Assembly: GCA_030704615.1 (NCBI GenBank)
Contig: CM060732.1
Coordinates: 10,292,001 to 10,356,000, forward strand
DNA from: Takakia lepidozioides
Taxonomy: Eukaryota; Plantae; Bryophyta
Length of the DNA stretch: 64,000 bases
Direction: 5' to 3'
Shown here piece after piece: positions 1-11,502 of this stretch. Under the pieces are notes generated by a model. The model saw only the letters and a list, made by a program, of their open reading frames with translations, was not told the origin of the DNA and did not search any database. Within the stretch, counting starts at the first letter, position 1. Every line of letters begins with the position of its first letter. Position numbers and translations under genes: made by a program.

Positions 1-1877
1 TGCAATGCTCCCAGATTGGTTGTCTCCACTGCACCTGACGTGTTCCACCAAGCCTCGATGATAGCAAACTTAACCTCCGCGTCATCAAATGTGGGTGCAT
101 CCTTCCACGCCGTACAAAGGACACGGTGTTCAGCCTGGAATGAGCTAGCAACAAATTTGGTAGTGTAGTGGGATAGACTCTGCATCCAATGGAATCCACA
201 GGATCTCTCTTTCCCCTCCATTGGAACATTGGGGTCCTCACCGTACACACGCCGCACCGCTGCCCAGTTGGCCTGAGCGTTGTCTGCCATGAATCCCCTG
301 AAATTGGGCTCTGGCAATCCCGCCCTTGCCATCTGCTCGTTTATGCCCTCCCACAGATGCATCTCGGACTGTGTGTCCTCCCCTTTCATCTCGCAGATTG
401 CAATCGTCATGAGCCTCTTGGAGTGATAGTCATAAACATGCGCACCCATAGTCACCCACTGATGGTTTGTAATTCGCTTGATGTGATCAAACATCACCCA
501 AGCATTCGACAAGTTTCCAGTTGTCATGCGAGTGACCAAGTCGACTCCACTCCCAGGCCCACACGTCGACATTTTGAAAATGTAACAACGATCGGATTCG
601 CTGCTTTGCCCTGGAAACCTGCTACCTTGGATGTAGTCATATCCAGTCATTCGTTTCACCTCCAGGATTGAGTACATGTCCGACCCCCTGCCGAACTCCT
701 GCTTGCAAGATACGATGTGATTCCGCACATTCGGACTACAAACGTGCGAGACGGACTCCAAGAGGTCACGCATCTCGTCTTCGGTCAAGGGCTCTTTGTC
801 GGAACCATCTTCAGACATGATTTTGCCAAGAGCAATCTTGTGGGCTGCCTTCAGCTGAATCTGCTTTGGTCTGGCTCCGGGGCTCAATTTCACCCTCCTT
901 TTTTATGATGTCGTGTGCTTCCTGCACAGCCTCACGCATGTTGCCTCTCGCCAAGGGGTGGCAGTGGACCCTAACGTGTATGCAAGCTCTAGTCAAGTCC
1001 GGGAGCAAATGGATTACGTAATATTGCTTGGCTCTGCACATGGACATGCACGTCGGTGTTCTTTGCAATGTGCACACTTGAAAGAACCCGCAGGAGCTTG
1101 GCTGAGACAATGAATGGATGATGCGTTGTGCCAGTCCAATCCGTCTCGTTTCTCCGCCCCTCCTTTGGAGAGAAAGTGGAAGCAGGTGGGATTGAGGCAC
1201 CTCAGCTTCCCCGCACAGAGGACATATCGTACACGAACACCATCAGCAATTTTCGTGCTACTGGTCTTCGTCACACACCAGGGGTGTCCGTCATGCTTTC
1301 GATCCATGTCTGTTAACATCCCGGAGGATTTCTTTGACGAAGAAACAGGTGGAAACTCGAAGATGACATTGCCATCGACTTCGGGAGGCAGAAACGTTAC
1401 CTTTCTGACTGGGAATTTGGCATAGTCGAGAGCAGCCAGCTCGGAGCGAGAACCATCGAGGTGATGTTGTCGTAGGAGCTGCACAATGGACCGGGTTGGA
1501 GTTATGCTCGAGGGCACATGCGTAGCACCTACAGAGACGTCCATGCCGGATTTGAACGACCGTGTGGAGGACATGGGTACCTCAATGCAATCATCTTCCT
1601 CGTCGGAAATGTCGAATACGTCCACACGAGAAGCTATGGAGGGTCTTGACGGTCCAGGTCGGGAATGATTATCGTTGCATACCTCTCTGTTGGCAGTGGC
1701 CGCCTCTCGGTTTCCAGACTCCTTTGTGGATGGTGTGGGCAGCGACTGATTCGGAAAGGGAATGGCCCACAGCTGGTACAGGATGGTGTCTGACGGGGGA
1801 ACGTGCCATTCGATTCCGCAACCTCCGTCGTTACCTAGCACGACAATGGTCTCGTCAACCTGTCCAGGAACATCCTT
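1..1877 (-). pseudogene. Mutator(MULE)-like DDE transposase A, with GCM/WRKY-like Zn finger; interrupted by a Gypsy insertion, frameshifted, runs off the left edge
   Basis: Minus-strand translation gives HDGHPWCVTKTS...VLCAGKLRCLNPTC...CAHCKE...RACIHVRVHCHP (Zn finger), then VMFDHIKR...MGAHVYD...MTIAICEM...FRGFMADNAQANW...ERSCGFHWMQSL (DDE core with CxxH). Homologous to the 19546-22555 gene. Confidence 0.8.
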
Positions 1878-2571
1878 TGCACCAGGGGGTCGGGACACAT
1901 GAGGGGCTGCCCCTGTGGTGGGGGCAGCAGCGATAGGTATGGGGGCTGAAGCACCCTTGTGCCCAAGGCACTCAAGGAGGCGGAGGCGCTCACTAGGTGG
2001 AGCCCCGCACACCGGGTTGCGGTGGAGGTGGCTCCACAAGGGGTGGTGGTAGCTTAGTGGGACTTAGTGGGGTGGCATAGGACTCACCATGGGTGGAGAC
2101 CTCGAGGTGGAGTCGTGGGGAGTCTTGGGACTCATCACGGTCCATTGGGGCCGCGGTGAGTGGGCCAAGACTCACCGCGACTCACCACCGGGAGTCGAGG
2201 GTTTTCGTGGTGGTTCGCCATAAAATGGCATGGCTGGTTATGAAACCCCCGCGGACAGCTACAGAAGTATATATAGGGAGTAGTAACCCCGAGAACGGTG
2301 CAAGCCCGTTGGTGACCAAAAACTAGTGAGTAAGCGAGCGAGCCGGAAAGCGACCAAAGTGGGGAGCTGTTCCGGACTGCCATCTACCAAAGGGAATTCT
2401 CCTAGTCCCAAATAGGTGGAGGGTTTAGAGGGAAGCGGAAGGGGACCGTTATGTCCCGGTGAGCAGCCGAAACTCCAAGTTGGCCCGGCGGCCAGGTTGG
2501 GAGTCAGGCGCGCGCATCAAAGCGAGTAACTATGACTTGAAGGGGAGTTTACCGAACTGAGGTGTGCGACA
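1878..2571 (+). repeat. 5' LTR, family 1 (first ~25 bp eroded)
   Basis: Matches 8093-8786 and 38300-39025; ends GGTGTGCGACA. Confidence 0.9.
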
Positions 2572-2573
2572 CT

Positions 2574-2585
2574 TGGTATCAGAGC
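2574..2585 (+). promoter_or_regulatory. Primer binding site, tRNA-iMet
   Basis: TGGTATCAGAGC 2 nt after the LTR end. Confidence 0.9.
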
Positions 2586-2625
2586 TTAGAGTTCAGTACG
2601 CGATCGTCCTTGGATTGGCCTCATC

Positions 2626-5600
2626 ATGGGGTCGGGCAAGCCGAAGCGAAAGCGGAACGGCCCAAAAGATGATCCCGGTGAGCCCGATGGGGGCGACGTG
2701 TCACCGAGGCGGCCGTTTGAGGAAGCGATTAATGTTTCCGAAAACGAGGCCGCTCAGGAGCGGGAGGAATCCGAGGAGTCGGAGCCCGAGGAATCTTTGA
2801 GAGCTCCGACAAACCAAGAGATGCCTCCCATGCCGGCAGCCTTTTGGGAAGGGTTGTTGGCGCAGTTTGGCGGGACGTTGAAAGACGTGTTGAAGGCGGC
2901 TAATGCCACTTCCACCAAGGCAAAGTTTAAGGTGAAGCCTAAGGAACCCGGCACCTTCGAGGGCGTTCGAAACCGGAAGGCACTCAACACCTGGCTCCTG
3001 GAGCTAGAGCAGTACTTCCGGGCGGCCAAGTTGAGTGACGAGGATCGGGTGGAAGTGGCTCCCACCTATTTGAGGGGCTATGCTCAACAATGGTGGCAGA
3101 AACGCCTTCACGACCGAGGCCCAAGCCCGGAAACCTTGAACTGGAGTGAGTTCAAGGAATTGATGAAGAGACAGTTTGTGCCCCTCAACGCATCCTGGCT
3201 TGCCCGGGACAAGATGAGGAATTTGAAGCAAACAGATGACATTCGGGGGTATGTCCAGGCTTTCAATGTGCTGTTGCTCGTCGCGGACATGGCAGAACCA
3301 GAAATGGTCTTCAACTTTGTGGCGGGACTGGCCCCATGGGCTAGGCGGAAGTTGGAGGAGAAGCCACCCAAGACTTTGAACGAGGCAATTGAGAGAGCTG
3401 AATGTTTCTCGGATGTCCCTAGGGGTGAGAGACAAGGCCGTACGGAGCTGAACCACAAGAAGACCCGGCGGAAGGTGACTCCTCCCGACCGGAAAAGAAG
3501 TGGGATAGGCCACGCGGCGAAAATGGCACGTGGAAATCGAAGGGAGGTCCTTCACACGTCAAGGCGGCACCCGGTGCTTCGAAAGGAAAAGCGGGTGGAG
3601 CGACTTATGGCGGACAGAAGGCGACCTTTGATGGAGTGTGTTTCAATTGCGGGGAGCCCGGGCACATGGCCAAGAAGTGCACGAAGCCCCGGCAATTGAA
3701 CATGACTCGGGCGACCACGAGCTGTCGGAAGATACCATCAGTCGCTTGGTGGAAGCGGTGGTCGCCAGGACTTGCAAGGTAGGCAAATTTCTTGTGAGTT
3801 GTATCAGGAAACTGGCGCCTTACGAAAAGGGAGTCAGTTATTGTTCGTGGATGGGATAATATCCGGAACTAATGTGTCGTTGTTGGTGGACACAGGAGCG
3901 TCGCACTCCTTCATGACGCCGGCGGCGGCGCGAAAGTTGGGACTCCCGACAAGTGACGTGGGGGCCTCTATTGAGGTGCGCTCTGCCAAAGGAGAACCTC
4001 AGTTGGCGACAAGGTTGGCGTTTGATGTTCCTCTTCAACTGGGGAGTTGGAGGGACGTGAGAACTTCACTATCTGCGAGATCGATGGAGTGGATCTCATT
4101 TTGGGAATGACCTTTTTGAGCAAATCCGGAGCGGTCATAGATGGCCGCAAGAGAGTAGTCACGCTGCCATGTGGGAATGGTGGCGAGGTTTTACGAGTGT
4201 CGGAAACGCCCAAATCCGTGGGAGGGCGAATAAACCTTCTATCAGCAAAGGAGTGGGCCGTGGAGGAGACACACGAGTCCCAGTTTTTGCTTTACATTAG
4301 AGAAGTGAAAGGAGAAGGCGATGGGGAGCCGAGCCCAGATTGGATCAAGGGGATTTTGGAGAAATACCAGGATGTGATGCCGGAGGATTTACCAAGCGGC
4401 TTGCCACCGCGAAGAGTTGACCACAAATTGAGGTGATACCGGGATCGGAACCGCCTGCCAAGGCGCCCTACCGGTTGAGCCACAAAGAGTTGGTCGAGCT
4501 GAAGACTCAGCTCAAAGATCTAATGTCAAAGGGGTACATCCGGCCGAGTAAGTCACCTTACGGAGCCCCGGTGCTATTTGCAGACAAGAAGGATGGGACG
4601 CTGCGGATGTGTGTCGATTACAGGGCTCTGAATAAGGTGACTATCAAAAACCGGTACCCTTTGCCAAGGATCGACGACCTCTTCGATCGGTTGGCAGGAG
4701 CGAAGTATTTCAGCCGGATCGACTTGCGCTCCGGCTATCACCAAATTCGGGTGGCGGAAGGAGATGAGGAGAAGACCGCGTGCAGGACAAGGTATGGTTC
4801 ATATGAGTTCTTGGTGATGCCTTTTGGGCTCACCAATGCACAGCGACATTTAGCACGCTGATGAACAGCCTTTTCCAGGAGTGGTTGGATGACTTTGTGA
4901 TCGTGTACATCGACGACATCTTGGTGTACTCGAAAACAAAGGAGGAGCACCTGGAGCACCTCAAAAGGGTGTTCCAAAAATTGCGAGAAGGGAAGCTGTA
5001 TGCCAAAGCTTCAAAGTGCGAATTCGGGGTCACAAAAGTGGAGTTCTTGGGGCACGTGATTACACAGGATGGGATCAAAATGGATGACAGAAAGTGAGGG
5101 CGATCTTGGACTGGGAGCCTCCGACTTCGGTCCCGGGAGTGCGATCCTTCCTAGGACTCGCCTCCTATTACCGGAAGTATGTGAGAAATTTCGCCAAGAT
5201 CGCGGGGCCGCTGTCGGACCTTCTGTGTAAATCCAAAGTCTGGGTATGGAACACATTTTGTGGCCAAGCTTTTGCTGAATTGAAGCAGCGGATGACGGAA
5301 GCTCCAGTCTTAAAAATCCCGGAGTTCGATCGTCCGTTTGAGATTCATACAGATGCATCGGACTTCGCAATTGGGGGTGTACTTATGCAAGATGGACGTC
5401 CAGTGGCTTACGAAAGTAAGAAACTGAATGAAGTGGAGCGACGGTGGCCGACGCACGAAAAAGAGATGAAGGCGGTGGTACATTGCCTTGAACTCTGGCG
5501 CCACTATGTTGGTTCCAACCCAGTGAAGGTGTTCCGGACAATGTCACGGTGAAGTATTTTGCCACGCAGCCCAAGTTGTCCCCAAAACAACTTAGGTGGC

Positions 5601-7166
5601 AAGATACTTTGGCAGTGTTCGACGTGGATATCCAGTACAAACCGGGACGGGACAATGTGGTGGCCGATGCTTTAAGTAGAAAGCAGCAGCTCTTGTTGGT
5701 GTACAAGGGCGAGACGGCGCTCCAAAGGAAGATCCGGAAGGCTTGCCGGAAGGATGAGCTGGCAAAGTGCGTGATGCAGAACTTGAGAATGGGGGTTAAA
5801 TCGCAGTTCCACTTGCAAAACGGACTGCTCCGGTATAAGCAAAAACGTCTCTATGTGCCAAAGGGAGGGATCAGGGATAGTCTCTTGAGAGAATGCCATG
5901 ATAGCCCGCTTGCGGGCCACGGTGGAGCCAAGCGCACTGCGGCACTCTTGAAGAAAGAGTATTTTGGCCCAAACTGAGGGAGGAGGCAGAGGAGTATGTA
6001 AAGACATGCACCACATGCCAACAAAACCGGAGCGAGTATAAAAAGCAAGCGGGGCTGTTACAACCCTTGCCGATTCCAGAGGGGACTTGGGAAAGCGTCT
6101 CGATGGATTTCATGACTGCTATGCCGCTGTCAAAAGGATTCGATGCAATCATGGTGGTGGTAGATAGGTTCAGTAAAATGGCCCATTTCATCCCCACCAA
6201 GGAGACGGCAACTGCGCAGGAGACAGGGCGACTTTACTTCGCCCACGTCTTAAAGCATCATGGAGTCCCGAAGGATATTGTCTCGGACCGCGACCAAAGT
6301 TTACGAGTAAATTCTGGAGAGCACTTTGGAAGAAGATGGGGACGAGGCTGAAGATGAGCACCGCCTTCCGACCTACGACGGACGGCCAAACGGAAAGAGT
6401 GAATTCCGTAGTGAAGCAATTCTTGCGGAATTACGTGTCGGCAGACCAATCAGACTGGATGGAACACTTAGACGCGGCAGAGTTCTGTTATAATAACACA
6501 GAACACTCCGCGACGGGAGTTTCCCCTTTTGTGTTGGTCTATGGAAAAGCACCTCTGGTGCCGACAAGTTGGGCCGCCCAGGACGTTGAGGAACCGGCAG
6601 TAGCGGCGGTACTGGAAGAACGCGAGCGTTTGTTGAAGCTCGCAAAGTACAACATTGCCAAAGCTAGGAAACGGTATGAAAGGCAGGCGAATCGGAAGCG
6701 GAGGGAAGTGAAGTTTTGAGGCAGGCACAGAGGTCTGGTTGAACATCAAGAATTTTCGACTACCTCCGGAAATGAGTCCGAAGTTCGTACCTCCGTATGC
6801 GGGTCCCTTTCGCATTCGGAGGTTATGAATGAGGATGTGTATGAATTGGAGCTGCCACAAACAGCAAGGTGCACCCAGTATTCCATGTCTCCCTTTTGAA
6901 GCCTTACTTCAAAGATGAAGCACGTCCGAATCGGCAGCAAGTGTTGCGTCCGCCACCTATGCTGTTGGATCATGAAAATGAACCCGAGTACGAGGTGGAG
7001 GCAATACTTAAGTCGAGGAGGTTCAAGAACCGAGAAACGGAGTATCTCGTCAAATGGAAGGGCTATCATCTTGTGGAGGCATCTTGGTGCGTGCCTCAGA
7101 AATGGGAAACGCATCCGAGGCAGTTGCAGCGTTCGAAGGGCGACCTCAAAAGCGGAAGAAGCGTTG
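2626..7166 (+). pseudogene. gag-pol of family 1 (gag, Zn knuckle, protease, RT, RNase H, integrase, chromodomain); many 1-bp frameshifts; 3' end approximate
   Basis: PKEPGTFEG...WLLELEQYF (gag), LLVDTGASHSF (PR), [10 protein letters not shown] and VYIDDILVYS (RT), TDASDFAIG (RH), SMDFMT...VVVDRFSKMAHF (IN), EYEVEAIL...EYLVKWKGY (chromodomain, ~6987-7090). Confidence 0.93.
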
Positions 7167-8068
7167 ATGGGGACATCAACCTTGGAGCGTGGGGGAGGAA
7201 ATGCATGCTTAGCCCGGTTTAGCTAGCTCAGGAATCCGATTGCAAAAACTTGTATTGTACAAAAATTTGTGATAAAGGAAATGGGTTCCAAATATTGTGC
7301 GTCCTATTGTGTTTGAATGGTGATGCATGGTGTGGTTGGCTGGTGTGTAGAATGCATGCTAGCTTACAAAAGTGGGAGAGGTAAATTGGGTTAATCGTGT
7401 GTTTGCGCAGTGCCGAAATCGGGTGACTCCCATCCAAGGGGCAAGGACTTGCGCCTTATTTGGGAGTTCAAGTGCTAGTGCGCACCTGGCGCGTGCGCGT
7501 ACTATAACTGCGCTACCGAGGGGTTGCCTTGTAGTGCGGGCTAACGCGGAAGCTACGTGCTTCCGTTCACGTACTATAATCGTGTAGCCTCGGGACGAAG
7601 TCGTAGTGCGGCTTCGGCGTGTTCCCGTACCTCAGGCCAGCATTCCAAGGCGGACCCAATTGTAGTGATTGGGGCGCACGGTTGGTTCAAGGTTATCTTC
7701 CTAGTCAAAGAGGGTTCCAGGTGAACCCTTGCTCAAGGTGATGCCAAAAGCGGCATCATGAGCGATCGCAAGCAATGTTGTTGCAGTAAGGCGATTCGAT
7801 CCTCGGGAGGATCGTTCCTTGGCCTTGAAGTAGGCCAAGAAGAGTGCACTGGGAGGAGCTGGAGAGGCTCCACCCTTGGCCGGGACTTGGAGGAAGTCGG
7901 CCGAACTAGCTAGTGGAGAGTGGAGTCAAGTGTGGGGTTTGGTTCTTTGCCATGGGACGCCATGGTACGGAAACAAACTCCTTGATGTGGGACGCCACAA
8001 CTTGGATGTTCGTTTCTACAAAATGGACAAGTCGATGAGGACATCGACTCCCTGTTGGTAGGGGTGTG

Positions 8069-8786
8069 TGTCGCGGCCCTTTGCCTTGAGGGCAGGGGGT
8101 CGGGACACATGAGGGGCTGCCCCTGTGGTGGGGGGCAGCAGCGATAGGTATGGGGGGCTGAAGCACCCTTGAGTGCCCAAGGCACTCAAGGAGGCGGAGG
8201 CGCTCACTAGGTGGAGCCCCGCACACCGGGTTGCGGTGGAGGTGGCTCCACAAGGGGTGGTGGTAGCTTAGTGGGACTTAGTGGGGTGGCATAGGACTCA
8301 CCATGGGTGGAGACCTCGAGGTGGGAGTCGTGGGGAGTCTTGGGACTCATCACGGTCCATTGGGGCCGCGGTGAGTGGGCCAAGACTCACCGCGACTCAC
8401 CACCGGGAGTCGAGGGTTTTCGTGGGTTCGCCATAAAATGGCATGGCTGGTTATGAAACCCCCGCGGACAGCTACAGAAGTATATATAGGGAGTAGTAAC
8501 CCCGAGAACGGTGCAAGCCCGTTGGTGACCAAAAACTAGTGAGTAAGCGAGCGAGCCGGAAAGCGACCAAAGAGTGGGGAGCTGTTCCGGACTGCCATCT
8601 ACCAAAGGGAATTCTCCTAGTCCCAAATAGGTGGAGGGTTTAGAGGGAAGCGGAAGGGGACCGTTATGTCCCGGTGAGCAGCCGAAACTCCAAGTTGGCC
8701 CGGCGGCCAGGTTGGGAGTCAGGCGCGCGCATCAAAGCGAGTAACTATGACTTGAAGGGGAGTTTACCGAACTGAGGTGTGCGACA
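8069..8786 (+). repeat. 3' LTR, family 1
   Basis: TGTCGC...GCGACA terminal inverted hexamers; boundaries confirmed by the TSD-flanked solo copy at 38300-39025. Confidence 0.92.
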
Positions 8787-9000
8787 TCCTTCCTTTCTTC
8801 TTCCAAATAAACTGTGCCCGGTTTGAGCTTGAATTTGGAACAAAGGTAATTTCAGTCACTCTGCAAAGTCCTCCCTCGTTTGGGATCCAGGCTCTCCAAG
8901 TTTGCGGAGGACAGCAAACTATGCGTAGGAATTCGGAGCCATCGACACCGCACGGGTTGGCAAGTGCGAGGTTCAGTATAGCGACAGACCAAGGCTCACA
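8787..9000 (-). pseudogene. 5' part of transposase A, separated by the Gypsy insertion (left boundary exact, right boundary approximate)
   Basis: Removing 1878-8791 rejoins one frame: FKLKPGTVYLEEERK|DVPGQVDETIVVL. Confidence 0.5.
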
Positions 9001-9359
9001 GGCACCATCTAAGTGGATCTGCGGAGTCCATCGATGATTGGAAGTCGCACAATGAAGTGGAAAGTATTGTTTCAAGCTACATGCATGAAGGTGGGAGGTT
9101 TGATTCCATAGCCAGTGAGTATGACAATGATGGCCGATTCGGCGACGAAATAACATCTCCTGACAGTTTCTCCTGAGGGTGGATCCAGCAGTATTCTCGG
9201 TGCAGACAGAACGTTCGCACTAACAGTGCCAGACTGTTGGTTAAAACGGTCAGACAACCAAGTGTGCTCATCAAGACTCCGCAATTGTGTTGTTTCAAAC
9301 AATGCAACCCATTCAGGTTCCCAGATTTCCCGTCCCGATTGATTCTTTCGATTGCGGGT

Positions 9360-11120
9360 GGACGGAAATACGGCGCCGCATTTCCGTATTGCATCTTGGT
9401 CATGCATGCACCAGAACGACGAAATGCGGTCCGAGTTTCCGTCCGGGTGAAACCTTTATACTCTCCAGAACCGAAATGCGATAACGCATTCCATCCAGCA
9501 AGCACGGTATGTGAAGGTCGAACGGGAATGCGGTACCGCATTTCCGTTTCTGATTGAGATTTATGAACAAGGGAACAGAAATGCGGCTCCGCATTTCGTC
9601 TGAGTCCGCACTTTTACGATTTCAAACGGAAAAGCGCGCCTGCATTTCCATTTGTTATCTGATGCTGGAGCTGAGGGATTGAAATGCTGCATCACATTTC
9701 CGTCCTTAAAAGACATTCCATACTCTCCCAGAACGGAAATGCGGTACCCCGCATTTTCATTCACAACACGGTATGTGAAGGTGGAACGAATGCGGTACCG
9801 CGCATTCCGTTCTGATTGAGATTTATGACCATGGGAACAGAAATGCGGCAACCGCATTTCCGTCCGAGTCGCACTTTTCGACATTCCAGAACGGAAATGC
9901 GGCGCCGCATTTCCATTTTGTATCTGATGCATGGAGCCGAGTGCGATTCCGACAGCTTCATACAGCGCAATTCCGACCGCTTGAGACATTCATACTATCC
10001 AGAACGGAAATGCGGCAACGCATTTCCGTTCTGACTGAAAATCGTGAACCATCTGAACTAAAATGCGGCACCGTATTTCCATCCGAGTCGCACCTACCAA
10101 CATTCCAGAACGGAAATGCGGTACCGCATTTCCGTTCTGACTGAAAATCGTGAACCGTCGGAACTGAAATGCGGCAGCGCATTTCCATCCGAGTCGCACC
10201 TCCCAACATTCCAGAACGGAATGTATTAGATTCAAAAGGGAAATGCGGCACCGCATTTCCGTTCTGATGAAATATCCTGAAACATCGGAACTGAAATGCG
10301 GTACCGCATTTCCGTCGGAGTCGCACCTTCCGACATTCCAAAACGTAAATGCGGCGCCGCATTTCCGTTTTGTATGTGAGGCATGGAGCTGTGGAACGAA
10401 AATGCGGCACGGCATTTCCGCCAGCGTCAGACGTTAATACTCTACAGAACGGAAATGCGGTACCGCATTTCCATTCTGACTGAAAATCGTGCGCAACGGG
10501 AACAGAAATCCGGCACCGCATTTCCGTTCGAGTCGCACCTTCCGACATTCTAGAACGGAAATGCGGCGCCGCATTTCCGTTTTCTATATTGGGCCTGGAG
10601 CTGTGCTACGAAAATGTGTTGCCGCATTTCCATCCATGTGAGACCTTCAAACTTTCCGGACCGGAAATGCGGCACCGCATTTATGTCCAGGTGAGACCTC
10701 TATACTTTCCCGAACGGAAATGTGGCACGACATTTCCATTCATCATCTAACGTATGTGAAGTGGGAACGGAAATGCGGTACCGCATTTCCGTTCACATTG
10801 AAAATCATGAACCACGAGAACTGAAATGTTGTGCCTCATTCCCGTCCCAATCGCACCTTTCGACATTCCAGAACGGAAATGCGGCGCCGCATTTCCCTTT
10901 TGAATCTCATACTTGGAGCTGTGGGACGGAAATGCGGCACCGTATTTCCGTTCAACAACTAAGGTATGTGAAGGTGGAACGGAAATGCGGTGCCGCATTT
11001 TCTTCCAACAAGTACGGATGTGTAGCTTCGTGATGGTACTTAACGGAAATGCGGCGCCGCATTCGCATTTTCGCTCCAACTGATCAGACGCTGGGACGGA
11101 AATACCTTGAAATGTGAACA
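9360..11120. repeat. Array A1: ~32 copies of palindrome (GAAC)GGAAATGCG-N4-CGCATTTCC(GTTC) at a 53-bp period, between the divergent genes of module A
   Basis: Motif starts at 10006, 10059, 10112, 10165, 10239, 10292 ... 10928, 10981, 11045. About five recurring linker classes form a higher-order unit. Confidence 0.95.
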
Positions 11121-11502
11121 CGTGGAGCAACGGAATTGCTGCACATGTCGGCACTCTATCTGACTGAAGGGGCATAAGGCGGCGCGGCCTGACCGTTCGA
11201 TAATGATGTTTGTTTTTCGGACGGCAGGCGTACCCTCAACGATTCGAATTTTGTAATGACGCAAACTCCACGAGGAGACACTTTCGTCCAACCCTTTCGA
11301 ACCCAAGTGGTGCATCACCGCCGTTTCATCTACTTTTGTCGTGTCTCCTCAGTCACCCCTCTCGCGCCCTTTCCATCTGCACTCTTTGGCCCTTTTCCCT
11401 CTCTCTGTTCTTCTTATGCTCGAACCTGAGAGGGGGGGAGTTCGTGCACCAGCCAGGAGACCTCGTCGCAAGCTCCGGAAATTATACTTCGGACGTAGGC
11501 CA

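Larger units (their letters stand above)
1878..8786 (+). mobile_element. Full-length Ty3/Gypsy chromovirus LTR retrotransposon (family 1)
   Basis: Two near-identical LTRs, 5-bp TSD TCCTT (1873-1877 and 8787-8791), tRNA-iMet PBS, gag-PR-RT-RH-IN-chromodomain order. Confidence 0.95.

Noticed and set aside
1014-2039. 341-aa ORF as one protein
   Set aside because: It is chimeric: the first ~54 codons come from the antisense LTR and the remainder is transposase A.
7202-8068. As the start of the 3' LTR of family 1
   Set aside because: The TSD-flanked solo LTR (38300-39025) and TGTCGC/GCGACA termini put the LTR start at 8069.
9360-11120. CRISPR array (palindromic repeat plus fixed-length spacers)
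   Set aside because: Spacers recur in about five related classes as a higher-order repeat, the repeats are degenerate, there are no cas genes, and the context is eukaryotic.
9077-11318. ORFs with repeated GNAAPHF / EMRRRIS / KCGTAF peptides (also 16460-17243)
   Set aside because: These are translations of the palindrome array in all six frames, not genes.
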